Positions 42,349-52,433 of a DNA stretch of 64,000 bases are shown here, one piece after another. Source of the stretch: Leptolyngbyaceae cyanobacterium (GTDB lineage: Bacteria > Cyanobacteriota > Cyanobacteriia > Phormidesmidales > Phormidesmidaceae); the NCBI GenBank assembly GCA_965263355.1, contig CBDHHL010000032.1, forward strand, positions 224,001 through 288,000. Reading direction: 5' to 3'. Under the pieces are notes generated by a model. It was not told where the DNA came from. It ran no database searches and was given only the letters and a program-made list of their open reading frames with translations. Made by a program: the position numbers and the translations under genes. Every line of letters starts with the position of its first letter. Position 1 is the first letter of the stretch.

Positions 42349-43377
42349 TCACTGGACCTTACTCAAAATACTCGACGATAGCTCCTCTCCCTTATACTCC
42401 CGATTAGGTGGCTCAAACCCACAGGAAGTTCCATCGGTATAAACAACATCATCTTCCCAGGGCAATCGGTAATTGCCTGCCACCATATCTTTCATATAGG
42501 TATAAGGACAATCTTGGGCACCCCCTTTAACCGCAACATAGCCCCGGTGACCAAACTGGTAAATATTGTTCTCAACAGACCAGTATTGACGGGCTTCGCG
42601 GACTAGATCTGGACGCACCTCAGCCGTAATAATTTCATCGGGGCGATGGCTACCCATGGCCAGAGGCTCACCGTCAAAGTTGACGATCATGCCTTCCCCC
42701 ATAGAGTCAAAGGTGCCATCAGTGCCGCACATACACACAGACGCCGTCACCATTAGATTGCAAAATGAATTAGCCTGATTGGTAACGCGCCAGCTGTGGC
42801 GAATGGGCGCTGTGTAGCCTGCCGTACGAATCATAATCTCGGCCCCTTTGTAGGCACATTCTCTAGCCATTTCAGGGAACATGCCATCATGGCAAATAAT
42901 CAGGGCTAGCTTACTGCCATTAGGCCCATCGCATACTGGAATGCCTATATTTCCTGGTTCCCAAGGTTCTACCGGCACCCATGGATGGAGTTTGCGATAG
43001 TAGAGTTTGAGTTCTCCGTTGTCGTCGATAATGATGCCGCTATTGTAGGGATTGCCATCGATGTTTAACTCCATAATCGAGAAACATCCCCAGATTTGAT
43101 TATCGATACAGGCCTGACGAAAGGCAGCGACTTCTGGTCCGTCCAATCGACACATAATGTCTGGGTTAGTATCCATGGACAGACCATGGAGTGAATATTC
43201 TGGGAAGACAACCAGGTCCATGGTGGGCATATTACGCCGGGCCTTGGCCACCATGGCACAGATGCGTTGGGTTTGGGCGGCTAAGTCATCAGGCGTTACT
43301 ACATTAGGGAGCTGAAGCTGCACCATCCCAAGGACAACACCATTTGGAGTTTTGTTGAGGCCACCCAGTCCGCTCAT
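42349..43377 (-). CDS. amiF: Formamidase (nitrilase superfamily)
   Basis: MSGLGGLNK N-terminus; E-K-C triad in FPEY / YRKLHPW / ICHDG; FGHRGYVAVKGGA.DCPY. Confidence 0.9.
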   Translation of the reverse strand: MSGLGGLNKTPNGVVLGMVQLQLPNVVTPDDLAAQTQRICAMVAKARRNMPTMDLVVFPEYSLHGLSMDTNPDIMCRLDGPEVAAFRQACIDNQIWGCFSIMELNIDGNPYNSGIIIDDNGELKLYYRKLHPWVPVEPWEPGNIGIPVCDGPNGSKLALIICHDGMFPEMARECAYKGAEIMIRTAGYTAPIRHSWRVTNQANSFCNLMVTASVCMCGTDGTFDSMGEGMIVNFDGEPLAMGSHRPDEIITAEVRPDLVREARQYWSVENNIYQFGHRGYVAVKGGAQDCPYTYMKDMVAGNYRLPWEDDVVYTDGTSCGFEPPNREYKGEELSSSILSKVQ

Positions 43378-43614
43378 CGTTATATTCCTATTTTAAAAGA
43401 GCAATAGTTAGGATAAGCAACTTGTAGAGAATTTTCTGTGACAATTGTTTCAAGTTGACTATATTACGGAAATAATAAAGCTCTAATGGTTATAGAGCCT
43501 GGGTTATAGAAATTCAATGGAATACTTCCATTTCAACTTTCTTCTCCAATGTGTATTTCAAGGCGACCAATGGAACTACGGCTATAATTAGAGTCTAGCC
43601 AATGGGACTACCCC

Positions 43615-44064
43615 ATGACTTTACAAGAACTACAATCTCAACTCCTAGCCCTCTCCACTGAGGAACAAGCCCAGGCTATCCAATTGCTGACCGCCAACCT
43701 CAATGGCACTTGGAGTAACATTACAAAACTTCCAGACGGTACCCAGGGGGATGCCTTTATTGGCCAAACTGGTATTGCTGTTTGGTTTCTGGTGCATCGC
43801 CACAACCAAGGCACCACAGATGCTGACCTGCTAGCCGAGTACCCTGACCTGACTGCTATTGATTTAGCCAATGCCTGGCTCTACAACCAACTCCACACCA
43901 ACGAAATTCAAGCCGCGATTCAGTTCCATACCACCGACCAAGCATCAGATCCAGACGACGATCCCACAGACGAGGTTTTGAGCGACCTTAAACAAGCCTG
44001 GCAAGAAGCTCAATCTGGCCATACAATTCCCCTGGCTCAAATGTGGGATGGTATCGATGCCTGA
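43615..44064 (+). CDS. DUF433-like domain fused to an acidic antitoxin-like tail
   Basis: GDAFIGQTGIAVW.LV...LLAEYPDL...DLANAW.Y (degenerate DUF433) followed by DPDDDP...LKQAWQEA.SG.TIPL..MWDGIDA. Confidence 0.7.
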   Translation: MTLQELQSQLLALSTEEQAQAIQLLTANLNGTWSNITKLPDGTQGDAFIGQTGIAVWFLVHRHNQGTTDADLLAEYPDLTAIDLANAWLYNQLHTNEIQAAIQFHTTDQASDPDDDPTDEVLSDLKQAWQEAQSGHTIPLAQMWDGIDA

Positions 44065-44401
44065 TGAATTATCCTCTATTCGTATTGAGCTAGCCCCTAC
44101 ATTTCAGCGTCAGCTCAAAAAGTTGGCAAAACGTTATCGCAGTATTCGAAAAGATGTTGAATCTATTACTCAACAACTGGCAGCAGGTCAGATGATTGGG
44201 GTTCAGGTACCTGGTATCGATTATCCTGTCTACAAAGTCCGCATTAAAAATAGCGATATCCAAAAGGGTAAAAGTTCTGGCTACCGGATGATTTACTACT
44301 TAAAAACTGCCGACCTGATTATTTTGCTCACAATTTACTCAAAGGCTGATCGAGCTAACATTAACATTAGCGAGATTGAAGAGATTTTAGCTGAAATGTA
44401 A
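44057..44401 (+). CDS. RelE/ParE-family toxin (type II TA)
   Basis: FQRQLKKLAKRYRSI...YKVRIKNSDIQKGKSSGYRMIYY...LLTIYSK; start overlaps the antitoxin stop. Confidence 0.88.
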   Translation: MPDELSSIRIELAPTFQRQLKKLAKRYRSIRKDVESITQQLAAGQMIGVQVPGIDYPVYKVRIKNSDIQKGKSSGYRMIYYLKTADLIILLTIYSKADRANINISEIEEILAEM

Positions 44402-45013
44402 TCCGCTGTTGCAAGCTAAACCTATGAGCCAGACCCACTCAAAGATCCTGTTAGATTATGGTCTGACCTAACTCAACGATAACAAAGTAGGCTTCTTAGC
44501 ATAGGTTTTGGGCTTTGCGATCTCAACCAGCATTCAATTTACCCATACATTGCCTTCCAAGGAGAGAAATTAAAACTGACGTTTGTCCTTTAATTGTACA
44601 GAAAAAACAGCATTGCTTTGGTCATTTCCACCCAACCGTAACCTTGGCAAGTTGTTATTAGCAAACAAATATATTATTCCAAAAACCCCAGCCATTAAGC
44701 CTAAGCCAGATAAGGTTGTAATTATAAAAAATTTATCCTTGACCATGCCAAATTAATCAGTTATGTAAAATCTGTCCTTACCCTTACCAAAGTTGTCATA
44801 GATGCACGATAAACCTGCTCGAAATGCCAACGGCCTTAAAGACCTGATAGTCAAACAGCTGGGAGCAATGAGTGTATTAATTTCTGGACGGACATATAAA
44901 TACTTAGTTCCTGCAGTCAAGAATTACAACTTGGTTCGCTACGAACATTTTGGTCAGAGATAGAAATGGTATGCCTGCTGTAGAGCTATTGGCTGCAAGT
45001 CAGATAAATACCC

Positions 45014-45697
45014 ATGGGCCGTTACGTAACCTCAGACCCCTATCCCTACCCTTACAATGGCGATCTGCGCCCAGACAATACGGCGCTGATTATCATTGAT
45101 ATGCAAACCGACTTTTGCGGCCAGGGTGGCTATGTGGACAAAATGGGGTATGACCTGTCTCTGACCCGTGCCCCGATTGAGCCATTGCAGACCCTGCTAG
45201 CAACTATGCGAGAGCTGGGCTATGTCATTTTGCATACCCGTGAAGGCCATCGGCCTGACCTATCCGATTTACCTGAAAACAAACAGTGGCGTTCTCGCCA
45301 AATTGGTGCGGGTATCGGCGATCCGGGTCCCTGTGGCCGTATCCTGGTCCGGGGTGAAGCAGGCTGGGACATTATTCCTGAGCTGGCTCCTCTATCAGGG
45401 GAAACGGTGATTGATAAACCTGGCAAAGGGGCCTTCTTTGCCACCGACTTAGACCTACTGTTGCGCCGTAAACAGATTCAAAACCTTATTCTCACGGGCA
45501 TCACTACCGATGTGTGTGTGCATACCACTATGCGCGAAGCCAATGACCGGGGGTATGAGTGTCTAGTGCTGGCAGATTGTACAGGAGCCACTGACTACGG
45601 TAATTATTTAGCGGCACTTAAGATGATTAAGATGCAGGGCGGTGTTTTTGGCGCAGTGGCCACATCGACTGAGCTGATTGAGGCCATCAAGGGTTAG
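45014..45697 (+). CDS. biuH: Biuret hydrolase (isochorismatase-like cysteine hydrolase)
   Basis: [36 protein letters not shown]...[18 protein letters not shown]...TTDVCV...KMQGGVFG closely follows BiuH as I recall it, including the KMQGG Gln. Confidence 0.88.
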   Translation: MGRYVTSDPYPYPYNGDLRPDNTALIIIDMQTDFCGQGGYVDKMGYDLSLTRAPIEPLQTLLATMRELGYVILHTREGHRPDLSDLPENKQWRSRQIGAGIGDPGPCGRILVRGEAGWDIIPELAPLSGETVIDKPGKGAFFATDLDLLLRRKQIQNLILTGITTDVCVHTTMREANDRGYECLVLADCTGATDYGNYLAALKMIKMQGGVFGAVATSTELIEAIKG

Positions 45698-45700
45698 CGC

Positions 45701-47251
45701 ATGGATACTACTGCTACACTCCCCGCCCTTAGTAAAGTTCAGGCTCCACCTCAGCTAGATGTGGTGGCAATGACCAAGCGATTTGGCAGCTTAACGGCCC
45801 TCGATCACGTATCCATGGGGCTTAAGCCAGGTACAGTCCATGCGTTGTTGGGGGAAAATGGGGCTGGTAAAAGTACCCTGGTGAAATGTGTTATGGGCTT
45901 TTATCGTCCGACATCGGGGCAGATATTAATCGACCAGCAACCGCAGGTGATCCATAGCCCTAAGGATGCCCATGGCTATGGTATTGGTATGGTATACCAG
46001 CATTTCACTTCGGTACCTGCGATGACGGTTGCCGAGAATCTAGTCCTGGCTCGCTACGACAGCCAATCGATTATTAATTGGAAACAAGAATCTGAACAGT
46101 TACAGGCATTTATTGAACAGTCTCCATTTAAGGTTGATTTGCACACCCCTGTTGCTCAGCTAGCGGCTGGAGAAAAACAAAAGCTGGAAATTCTTAAACA
46201 GCTTTACCTTAAAAGCCGCATTTTAATTTTGGATGAGCCCACCTCAGTGCTGACTCCTGGAGAGGCAGACGAAGTATTGGGGCTGTTGCGCTCAGAAGTG
46301 GTTAAGGGGAACTTGAGCATTCTGCTGATCACTCACAAGTTTCGGGAAGTACAGGCATTTGCAGATGACGTAACTATCCTGCGCAAAGGTCAGCTGGCAG
46401 GGCAGGGAGCGGTGTCAGATCTGTCTGTAGAAGATCTAGCTCAAATGATGTTGGGCAAAGCTCGGGAAACTAAATCGGTTAATAAGATTGACATTGATGA
46501 CAACACACCGGTTCTTTCCATTCAAGCTATTTGTGCAGCTCGTGATAATGGATTGCCTGCTATAGACGATATAAATCTCACCGTTCATCGGGGAGAGATT
46601 GTGGGAATTGCGGGGGTTTCGGGCAACGGTCAGCGGGAGTTAGTGGAGGTACTTGCGGGACAGCGAACGCCTACCGCTGGACAGCTTACGGTTAATGGTG
46701 AGACGTATACGGCGACACGGGCTGAAATGTTTCGCCATCAGGTCTATGCATTACCTGAAGAACCCCTGCGCAATGCCTGTGTGCCGACGATGAGTGTGGC
46801 GGAGAATATGGCCCTGCGCACCTTTGATCGTCCGCCCCAGGCTCGGTGGAACTGGCTGTTAATTTTAAAGGCCATGCGGCAAATGGCTCAAAATTTGGTA
46901 AACACATTTTCGGTTAAAACGCCGACGGTGGAAACCCCGGTGGGTAATTTATCAGGGGGGAATGTGCAACGTACGGTACTGGCCCGAGAACTGTCGTCGG
47001 CGTCGGTAAAACTGTTAATTGCGGCTAATCCTTGCTTTGGGCTAGACTTTGCTGCTGTTGATTTTATTCACAATGCCATTGTGGATGCTCGCAATCGTGG
47101 GGTGGCGGTCTTGTTGGTCAGTGAAGATTTGGATGAGTTATTGGCATTAGCCGATCGCATTCTTGTGATCAGCGAGGGTAAGTTTGTCTATAAAAGCGCA
47201 ATTGCTGAGGCTGACTTGAGTCTGATTGGACAGCGTATGGCGGGTCATTAA
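45701..47251 (+). CDS. ABC transporter ATPase, double-domain (sugar/nucleoside CUT2 type)
   Basis: GENGAGKSTL, LILDEPT, LSGGNVQR and VSEDLDE. Confidence 0.92.
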   Translation: MDTTATLPALSKVQAPPQLDVVAMTKRFGSLTALDHVSMGLKPGTVHALLGENGAGKSTLVKCVMGFYRPTSGQILIDQQPQVIHSPKDAHGYGIGMVYQHFTSVPAMTVAENLVLARYDSQSIINWKQESEQLQAFIEQSPFKVDLHTPVAQLAAGEKQKLEILKQLYLKSRILILDEPTSVLTPGEADEVLGLLRSEVVKGNLSILLITHKFREVQAFADDVTILRKGQLAGQGAVSDLSVEDLAQMMLGKARETKSVNKIDIDDNTPVLSIQAICAARDNGLPAIDDINLTVHRGEIVGIAGVSGNGQRELVEVLAGQRTPTAGQLTVNGETYTATRAEMFRHQVYALPEEPLRNACVPTMSVAENMALRTFDRPPQARWNWLLILKAMRQMAQNLVNTFSVKTPTVETPVGNLSGGNVQRTVLARELSSASVKLLIAANPCFGLDFAAVDFIHNAIVDARNRGVAVLLVSEDLDELLALADRILVISEGKFVYKSAIAEADLSLIGQRMAGH

Positions 47252-47255
47252 GTCT

Positions 47256-47603
47256 GTGATTTTACCTGATTTGTTTTCCCTTGTTGACCACCCAGACCGT
47301 TTATCCTGGGAACCCTTTCGTCCGGGTGTTGAGATTCATCGTCTTTACGGTGATGGTCAACAAGGACCGGCAGCAGCGTTATTAAAATACGAACCGGGGG
47401 CGAGTGTACCAGTCCACGACCACACAGGCTATGAACATATTATTGTGTTGTCGGGTGCTCAACGAGATCATCAGGGTAATCATCGGGCGGGTACCCTCGT
47501 GATTAATCCACCAGACTCAAGTCACGCTGTGGTCAGTGATGAGGGTTGTATTGTGCTAATCATTTGGGAAAAACCTGTTGTTATTCAAGGAACCAGCGAT
47601 TAA
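47256..47603 (+). CDS. ChrR-like cupin domain protein
   Basis: WEPFRPGV...ALLKYEPGASVPVHDHTGYEHIIVLSG...SSHAV.S.EGC. Start position uncertain. Confidence 0.8.
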   Translation: MILPDLFSLVDHPDRLSWEPFRPGVEIHRLYGDGQQGPAAALLKYEPGASVPVHDHTGYEHIIVLSGAQRDHQGNHRAGTLVINPPDSSHAVVSDEGCIVLIIWEKPVVIQGTSD

Positions 47604-48284
47604 ATGTCGATGATTACTGCACAGCCCTATGATTATGAGTTACCTGCGGGCAATCAAGTTGCTTTGGTGATTATTGATATGCAACGAGACTTTCTTGAAC
47701 CCGGTGGGTTTGGAGAGGCGTTGGGCAATGATGTGTCTCGCCTGCAAGCGATTGTACCGACAGTTCAAATGCTACAACAGTTTTTTAGAGACCAGGGATT
47801 GCTGATTATCCAAACTAAAGAAGGGCATCAGGCGGATCTGGGGGACTGTCCGCTTGCCAAACGAGAACGGGGACGGGGTGCTTTAAAGATTGGTGATAAA
47901 AGTCCGATGGGGCGAATTTTGGTATTGGGCGAACCGGGCAATGAGATTATTCCGGAACTGCAGCCAAAATCGGATGAAATTGTTGTTGCGAAACCAGGGA
48001 AGGGGGCGTTTTATCAGACTGAGTTAGATGCGGTGTTGCGATCGCACCAAATCACCCACCTAATTTTCACGGGCGTCACCACCGAAGTCTGTGTCCAAAC
48101 TACCATGCGAGAAGCCAACGACCGTGGCTATGAATGTCTGCTGGTAGAAGATGCCACCGAAAGCTATTTTCCAGAATTTAAGCAGGCTACGCTAGACATG
48201 ATCCGTGCCCAGGGTGGCATTGTCGGTTGGACAGCTACAGCCCAGCAAACCATAGCGGGCATTAGTCATTTGGACGGGGGTTAA
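47604..48284 (+). CDS. trtA: Triuret hydrolase (isochorismatase-like cysteine hydrolase)
   Basis: DMQRDF.EPGGFG.ALGNDV..L.AIVPTV...DCP.AK...PMGRILV.GEPGN.I...TTEVCVQT...SYFPEF...AQGGIVGW matches TrtA as I recall it. Confidence 0.82.
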   Translation: MSMITAQPYDYELPAGNQVALVIIDMQRDFLEPGGFGEALGNDVSRLQAIVPTVQMLQQFFRDQGLLIIQTKEGHQADLGDCPLAKRERGRGALKIGDKSPMGRILVLGEPGNEIIPELQPKSDEIVVAKPGKGAFYQTELDAVLRSHQITHLIFTGVTTEVCVQTTMREANDRGYECLLVEDATESYFPEFKQATLDMIRAQGGIVGWTATAQQTIAGISHLDGG

Positions 48285-48503
48285 CGGCGACCCACCACCG
48301 CTAGTCCAATGCCGCCTAAAATCATTAAGGATGCCAACAACATTTGAGGTATGGCATTAAGGGTAGCCATCCCTAGTCTAAGTTTTTTCAGGGTATTTGA
48401 GCGTCTGTGAATGCTACGGAAGGTTTACATAGTAGCCGTATAGATAGTTTGATTTCCTCTAAGAGCTTACAATTATTGTAAATCACCGAGGAAATCTACG
48501 ATT

Positions 48504-49556
48504 ATGGCTAAAACCGTAAAAATCCTATCCTGTGATGGCGGTGGATTTCGAGGCCTACTGGCGGCAAAACTATTAGAGGCCCTAGAAGCAGAAATACAAG
48601 CGCTTAAACCTGAATCTTCCCTAGCCGATTGCTTTGATTTCTTTGCCGGTACTTCAACGGGCAGCATCATCGCCTGCGGCCTCGCTAAAGGTATGAAGGC
48701 TAAAGAAATTAGCGATTTTTATGAACAGAAAGGAGAAAAAATATTTCCTAAAATGGGGATTCCCTTTTGGGCGAAAGAGGCCATCAGACGGATAAAAAGT
48801 CTCCGTTTCACCTTACCCCTGTTTAGTCCCGAGGGTCTAGAAGATGTTCTGTCATCTGATAATATATTTCCCGACAACCTACTATTCGAAGATTTAGCAA
48901 AACCAACCCTGGTTGTCAGCTACGATACCTACAATAGAAAAGCTGTTGTCTTCAAAAGCACAGGAGATAAATCTGCCAAAGTCCCCGTTTGGCAAGTGTG
49001 TCGTGCCTCTGCGGCTGCTCCTGTCGCCTTTCCTGCTTATCTCTTAAAGAATGAACAGTTTGAAAAAGAGCATAAGACAGGAGGAAAGGTTGAAGGCGAT
49101 CTGCCAAGGGTAGTTCCCAAACAGGGTATTCCTTTAATTGATGGTGGAATTCTGGCTAATAATCCAACGTTGTGTGCGATCGCAGAAAAGGTACGTAGTA
49201 GTGAAATATCATTAGACAATATCCTGGTCGCCTCATTTGGCACAGGGCAAGTAATGGATAGAATCGAGCCCCAAGAAGCCACAACCTGGGGAGGCTTAGC
49301 CTGGTCTTCGCTAGCAAACAGTATTCCCTTGTATCAAGTATGTTCCGACGGATCTGCCGACGTAATCGACTATATTGCTGAAAGTTTATTAAAAACCAAC
49401 TATTTGCGCTATCAGCCCGTGATTAGTCGTAAAGCATCATCATTTGAAGCTGACAAAGCAAATCAAGTGCGCCTGACAGACGCCGCTAATGACTATCTAG
49501 AAAAAAGCGGCAGGCAGCGCCTGCAGGCATTAGCCAAGAAACTGATTGAGTCCTAA
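48504..49556 (+). CDS. Patatin-like phospholipase
   Basis: DGGGFRG, GTSTG, SAAAP and DGG motifs. Confidence 0.92.
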   Translation: MAKTVKILSCDGGGFRGLLAAKLLEALEAEIQALKPESSLADCFDFFAGTSTGSIIACGLAKGMKAKEISDFYEQKGEKIFPKMGIPFWAKEAIRRIKSLRFTLPLFSPEGLEDVLSSDNIFPDNLLFEDLAKPTLVVSYDTYNRKAVVFKSTGDKSAKVPVWQVCRASAAAPVAFPAYLLKNEQFEKEHKTGGKVEGDLPRVVPKQGIPLIDGGILANNPTLCAIAEKVRSSEISLDNILVASFGTGQVMDRIEPQEATTWGGLAWSSLANSIPLYQVCSDGSADVIDYIAESLLKTNYLRYQPVISRKASSFEADKANQVRLTDAANDYLEKSGRQRLQALAKKLIES

Positions 49557-50977
49557 GGGGACTGCACAAGTTTAAATGGGGTGGCTCCTAATTGGGGATT
49601 ACAAGCCCTATGAAAGGCTGCCCCCAGGCCTACCAGATAGTTGTCGCTAAAGGGTGGGGCGATCAATGTGATCCCAGTGGGAATGCCATTGGATTGAAAG
49701 CCGTTGGGGATTGCGATCGCACTTAAATCCAGTAAATTTACAAAATTCGTGTAGTATCCCAGGTTAGCATTCAGCGTCAGCGGCTCTGCTTCAACTTCAT
49801 CAATGCGATAGATTGTCCCCGTGGTCGGTACCACCAAACAATCAACCTGATGCCACAGCGACTGAATCTTTCGCTTCAATCTTTCAACAGCATAGAGACC
49901 TTCAAATGCTTTGACTGCCGTAATCTCATTTGCCTTGAGAAGAATCTCACGGGTAATGGGAAAAACAGCGTCTGGATTAGCTTTGACAAAAGCCCCGACT
50001 GATACATAGCGTTCTGCCACCCAAGGACCGTTAAATAATAAGTTGTTAGCGTCTAAAAACGGCGTGTAATCAATATTAATCCGGGTGCTGCCCAAGTCTA
50101 TGAGGGTTTTGATCGCATTTTCATACCGTGCCTCTACATCAGTATTACCAAAAAACTTTTGTTGATTAGGCCGAGGGACGCCAAATCGAAATGCTTGTTT
50201 GGGGTGATAGGACTTTAAATGAACTGGAGGAACCGCTGCGGGGCGGGAAAACGGATTTACCGGGTCATAGCCCTGGGCAATTTCTAGCACTGTCTGGGCA
50301 TCTGTTGCTGTTAGGGCAAATATTGAGAGACAATCTAACGTTCTGCAGGCGTCTACCGTATGACGGGTACTTAGCAAACCGCGTGTGGGCTTAAGCCCGA
50401 CAATGTTGTTAAATCCAGCGGGGACTCGGCCAGAGCCCCCTGTGTCGGTTCCAATGGCAAAGGAGACTAAGCCAGTGGCCACGGACAGGGCTGCCCCTGA
50501 GCTGGACCCACCAGGGATGTAGTCTTTTGAGAAGGCATTGTGGGGGACTGTATATCCAGTACGAATGCCCACCAGGCCTGTGGCAAACTGGTCTAAATTG
50601 GTTTTACCAATGAGTATTGCCCCTGCATCGAGTAATTTTTGGACGGCTGGGTTGGTGTGGGTGGCTTGGTAGGTAAAGGCAGGACAGGCAGCAGATGTAG
50701 GGGTGCCTACAATATCAATACAGTCTTTAACGCTAAAGGGGATGCCCCATAGGGGGAGTTGCGATCGCTGACTGACTGGCATATTCGCCAGGGCCATAGC
50801 CCGTTTAATCAATGCTTCTTCAGGTAATGTGTAGAGCCAAATACCATCATCACCACACCGGTCTAGGGCAGTAATGATGGTTTTGATTACCTGTACAGGG
50901 GTTAATGTCCCTTGTCTATAACCTTGTTGCAGGGAAGAAATTGTTAGGGGAATCCCTAAATCCGTCTGCATAGCCAT
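49553..50977 (-). CDS. atzF: Allophanate hydrolase (amidase-signature domain only)
   Basis: SVKDCID, GKTNLDQFATGLVG.R, GGSSSG, GTDTGGSGRVPA.FNNIVGLKPT, GPWVAER, LGYYTNFVNLLD. Confidence 0.9.
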   Translation of the reverse strand: MAMQTDLGIPLTISSLQQGYRQGTLTPVQVIKTIITALDRCGDDGIWLYTLPEEALIKRAMALANMPVSQRSQLPLWGIPFSVKDCIDIVGTPTSAACPAFTYQATHTNPAVQKLLDAGAILIGKTNLDQFATGLVGIRTGYTVPHNAFSKDYIPGGSSSGAALSVATGLVSFAIGTDTGGSGRVPAGFNNIVGLKPTRGLLSTRHTVDACRTLDCLSIFALTATDAQTVLEIAQGYDPVNPFSRPAAVPPVHLKSYHPKQAFRFGVPRPNQQKFFGNTDVEARYENAIKTLIDLGSTRINIDYTPFLDANNLLFNGPWVAERYVSVGAFVKANPDAVFPITREILLKANEITAVKAFEGLYAVERLKRKIQSLWHQVDCLVVPTTGTIYRIDEVEAEPLTLNANLGYYTNFVNLLDLSAIAIPNGFQSNGIPTGITLIAPPFSDNYLVGLGAAFHRACNPQLGATPFKLVQSP

Positions 50978-51299
50978 AGTAATGTCTTGTTGCGGTGTGT
51001 TGGCAGATAGGCACTATAACAGACTAGTCAGAAGCTATCCTACTCTGACAATAAACCATTGGTCCGACAATAAACCATTGGATTTAGGGACTCTGATAGA
51101 TTTGCAGAATTACTTTTTTATGATCCCATAGTTTTTTATAGATCCATAGATTTTATTTATTAGTAGGGCCTGACTTACCAGACGTTTTGTAGTAGAAGAC
51201 ACGATCTAAATATCTATAACTGTCAAAGTAATCTCTAACGTGCAAGGTATTGATCAGTTGATAAGGTTATTAATTATCCCGTAGGGATTGGAGGCGGTC

Positions 51300-52433
51300 A
51301 TGCAGCGATCGGTTACACGTTTTTTCAGTCGGCGTAGTTTTTTTGCATTTAGCAGTTTGACAGCCTGTTCTTGGGCGTTAGCCATTGCATGTGCCCCAAC
51401 AGCAGAGGTTACAAATACTGTTGAAGAAACCGTGGAAACAGCCGCTGAAGCAGTTACTGAGGTAGCTGCAGCACCCGCATCTGATTTACCTAAGGTACGG
51501 GTAGGGTTCCAAACGGGTGACATTAATAATATCACCATGGTTGCCGCCAAAGAAGGGTACTTTGAAAAAGTGGGTCTGGATGTTGAACTGGCTCCTTACT
51601 CTTCAGGGGGAGCCATGGTCCCTGCCCTGGCAGCGGGTGAAGTCGATATTACCTGGTTTTTCCCGTTTCCATCGCTAACCGCATTTGCCACCGGTATCGA
51701 TATTGAGGTAGTCCTTTTAGACCATGCTCCCTTAACCGCAGAACGTTTGATTGCTGGAGAGTCAGCCGCAGATGTACCCAGTTTGAAGGGTAAAACTATC
51801 GGGGTTACCATTGGTACCTCGGGTCACCATTCATTGCTGGCGGCGATCGACCAGGCCGGGTTGTCCCAAAATGACGTTAATTTGGTGAATCTGAAACCAT
51901 CGGAGATGGCAGCGGCATTCTCGGCGGGGAAGATTGATGCGGCTTGGACCTGGGAACCCGCCGCCGGTAAGCTCAATGAGCTGGGTGGCAACGATATTGC
52001 CACTGCAAAATCCATTGGAGCCTATGCCGTTGCTCTCTGGGCAGTGCGCAAAGAATTTGCTGAGGCAAATCCTGAGGTAATGACCAAGTTTATGGAAGCC
52101 TGGGATATGGCCCAGCAGGATTATTTGGCTGATCCCAAGTCTGGACAACAATGGGAGGCTGAGCGTTTAAACCTCACCCCTGAGGAGTTTGGGGCGATGG
52201 TCGGTCGTCAGGGATCCACTGTGGTATTAATGGAGGATCAGCTGTCGGATGATTGGCTAGGGACACCTGGACAACCTCAAGCCACTAATCTGTACAAGGC
52301 CTATGAGGAATATGGGACTTTTCTGGTTGACCAGGGTCGTTTGGATAGTGTTCCAGAGGACTTAGCACCGCTGATTAATTCTTCCTATGTAGCGGACTAC
52401 CTTGAGTCTTCGGCAGAAGTGTTCGGCACTTGA
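51300..52433 (+). CDS. TauA/SsuA-like ABC substrate-binding lipoprotein (Tat signal)
   Basis: SRRSFF, AIAC lipobox, LKGKTIGV..GTSGH and IDAAWTWEP. Confidence 0.88.
   Translation: MQRSVTRFFSRRSFFAFSSLTACSWALAIACAPTAEVTNTVEETVETAAEAVTEVAAAPASDLPKVRVGFQTGDINNITMVAAKEGYFEKVGLDVELAPYSSGGAMVPALAAGEVDITWFFPFPSLTAFATGIDIEVVLLDHAPLTAERLIAGESAADVPSLKGKTIGVTIGTSGHHSLLAAIDQAGLSQNDVNLVNLKPSEMAAAFSAGKIDAAWTWEPAAGKLNELGGNDIATAKSIGAYAVALWAVRKEFAEANPEVMTKFMEAWDMAQQDYLADPKSGQQWEAERLNLTPEEFGAMVGRQGSTVVLMEDQLSDDWLGTPGQPQATNLYKAYEEYGTFLVDQGRLDSVPEDLAPLINSSYVADYLESSAEVFGT

Noticed and set aside
43454..43467. NtcA-like site upstream of amiF (GTT-N8-TAC)
   Set aside because: Imperfect, with no TAN3T at the expected spacing.
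44800..45013. Guanidine (ykkC) riboswitch upstream of biuH
   Set aside because: No recognisable guanidine-I/II/III conserved motifs; only a short GTTCG-CTA-CGAAC hairpin.
45014..45697. Guanylurea hydrolase call
   Set aside because: The KMQGG Gln and overall sequence match biuret hydrolase rather than the Glu-containing GuuH.
48504..49556. CBASS patatin effector
   Set aside because: No CD-NTase or other cap genes nearby.
51047..51081. 19-bp-period direct repeat (GACAATAAACCATTGG x2)
   Set aside because: Real but only two copies; no function can be supported.
51189..51202. NtcA-like site between atzF and the SBP gene (GTA-N8-CAC)
   Set aside because: Imperfect, and the nearest -10-like hexamer is 26 nt away.
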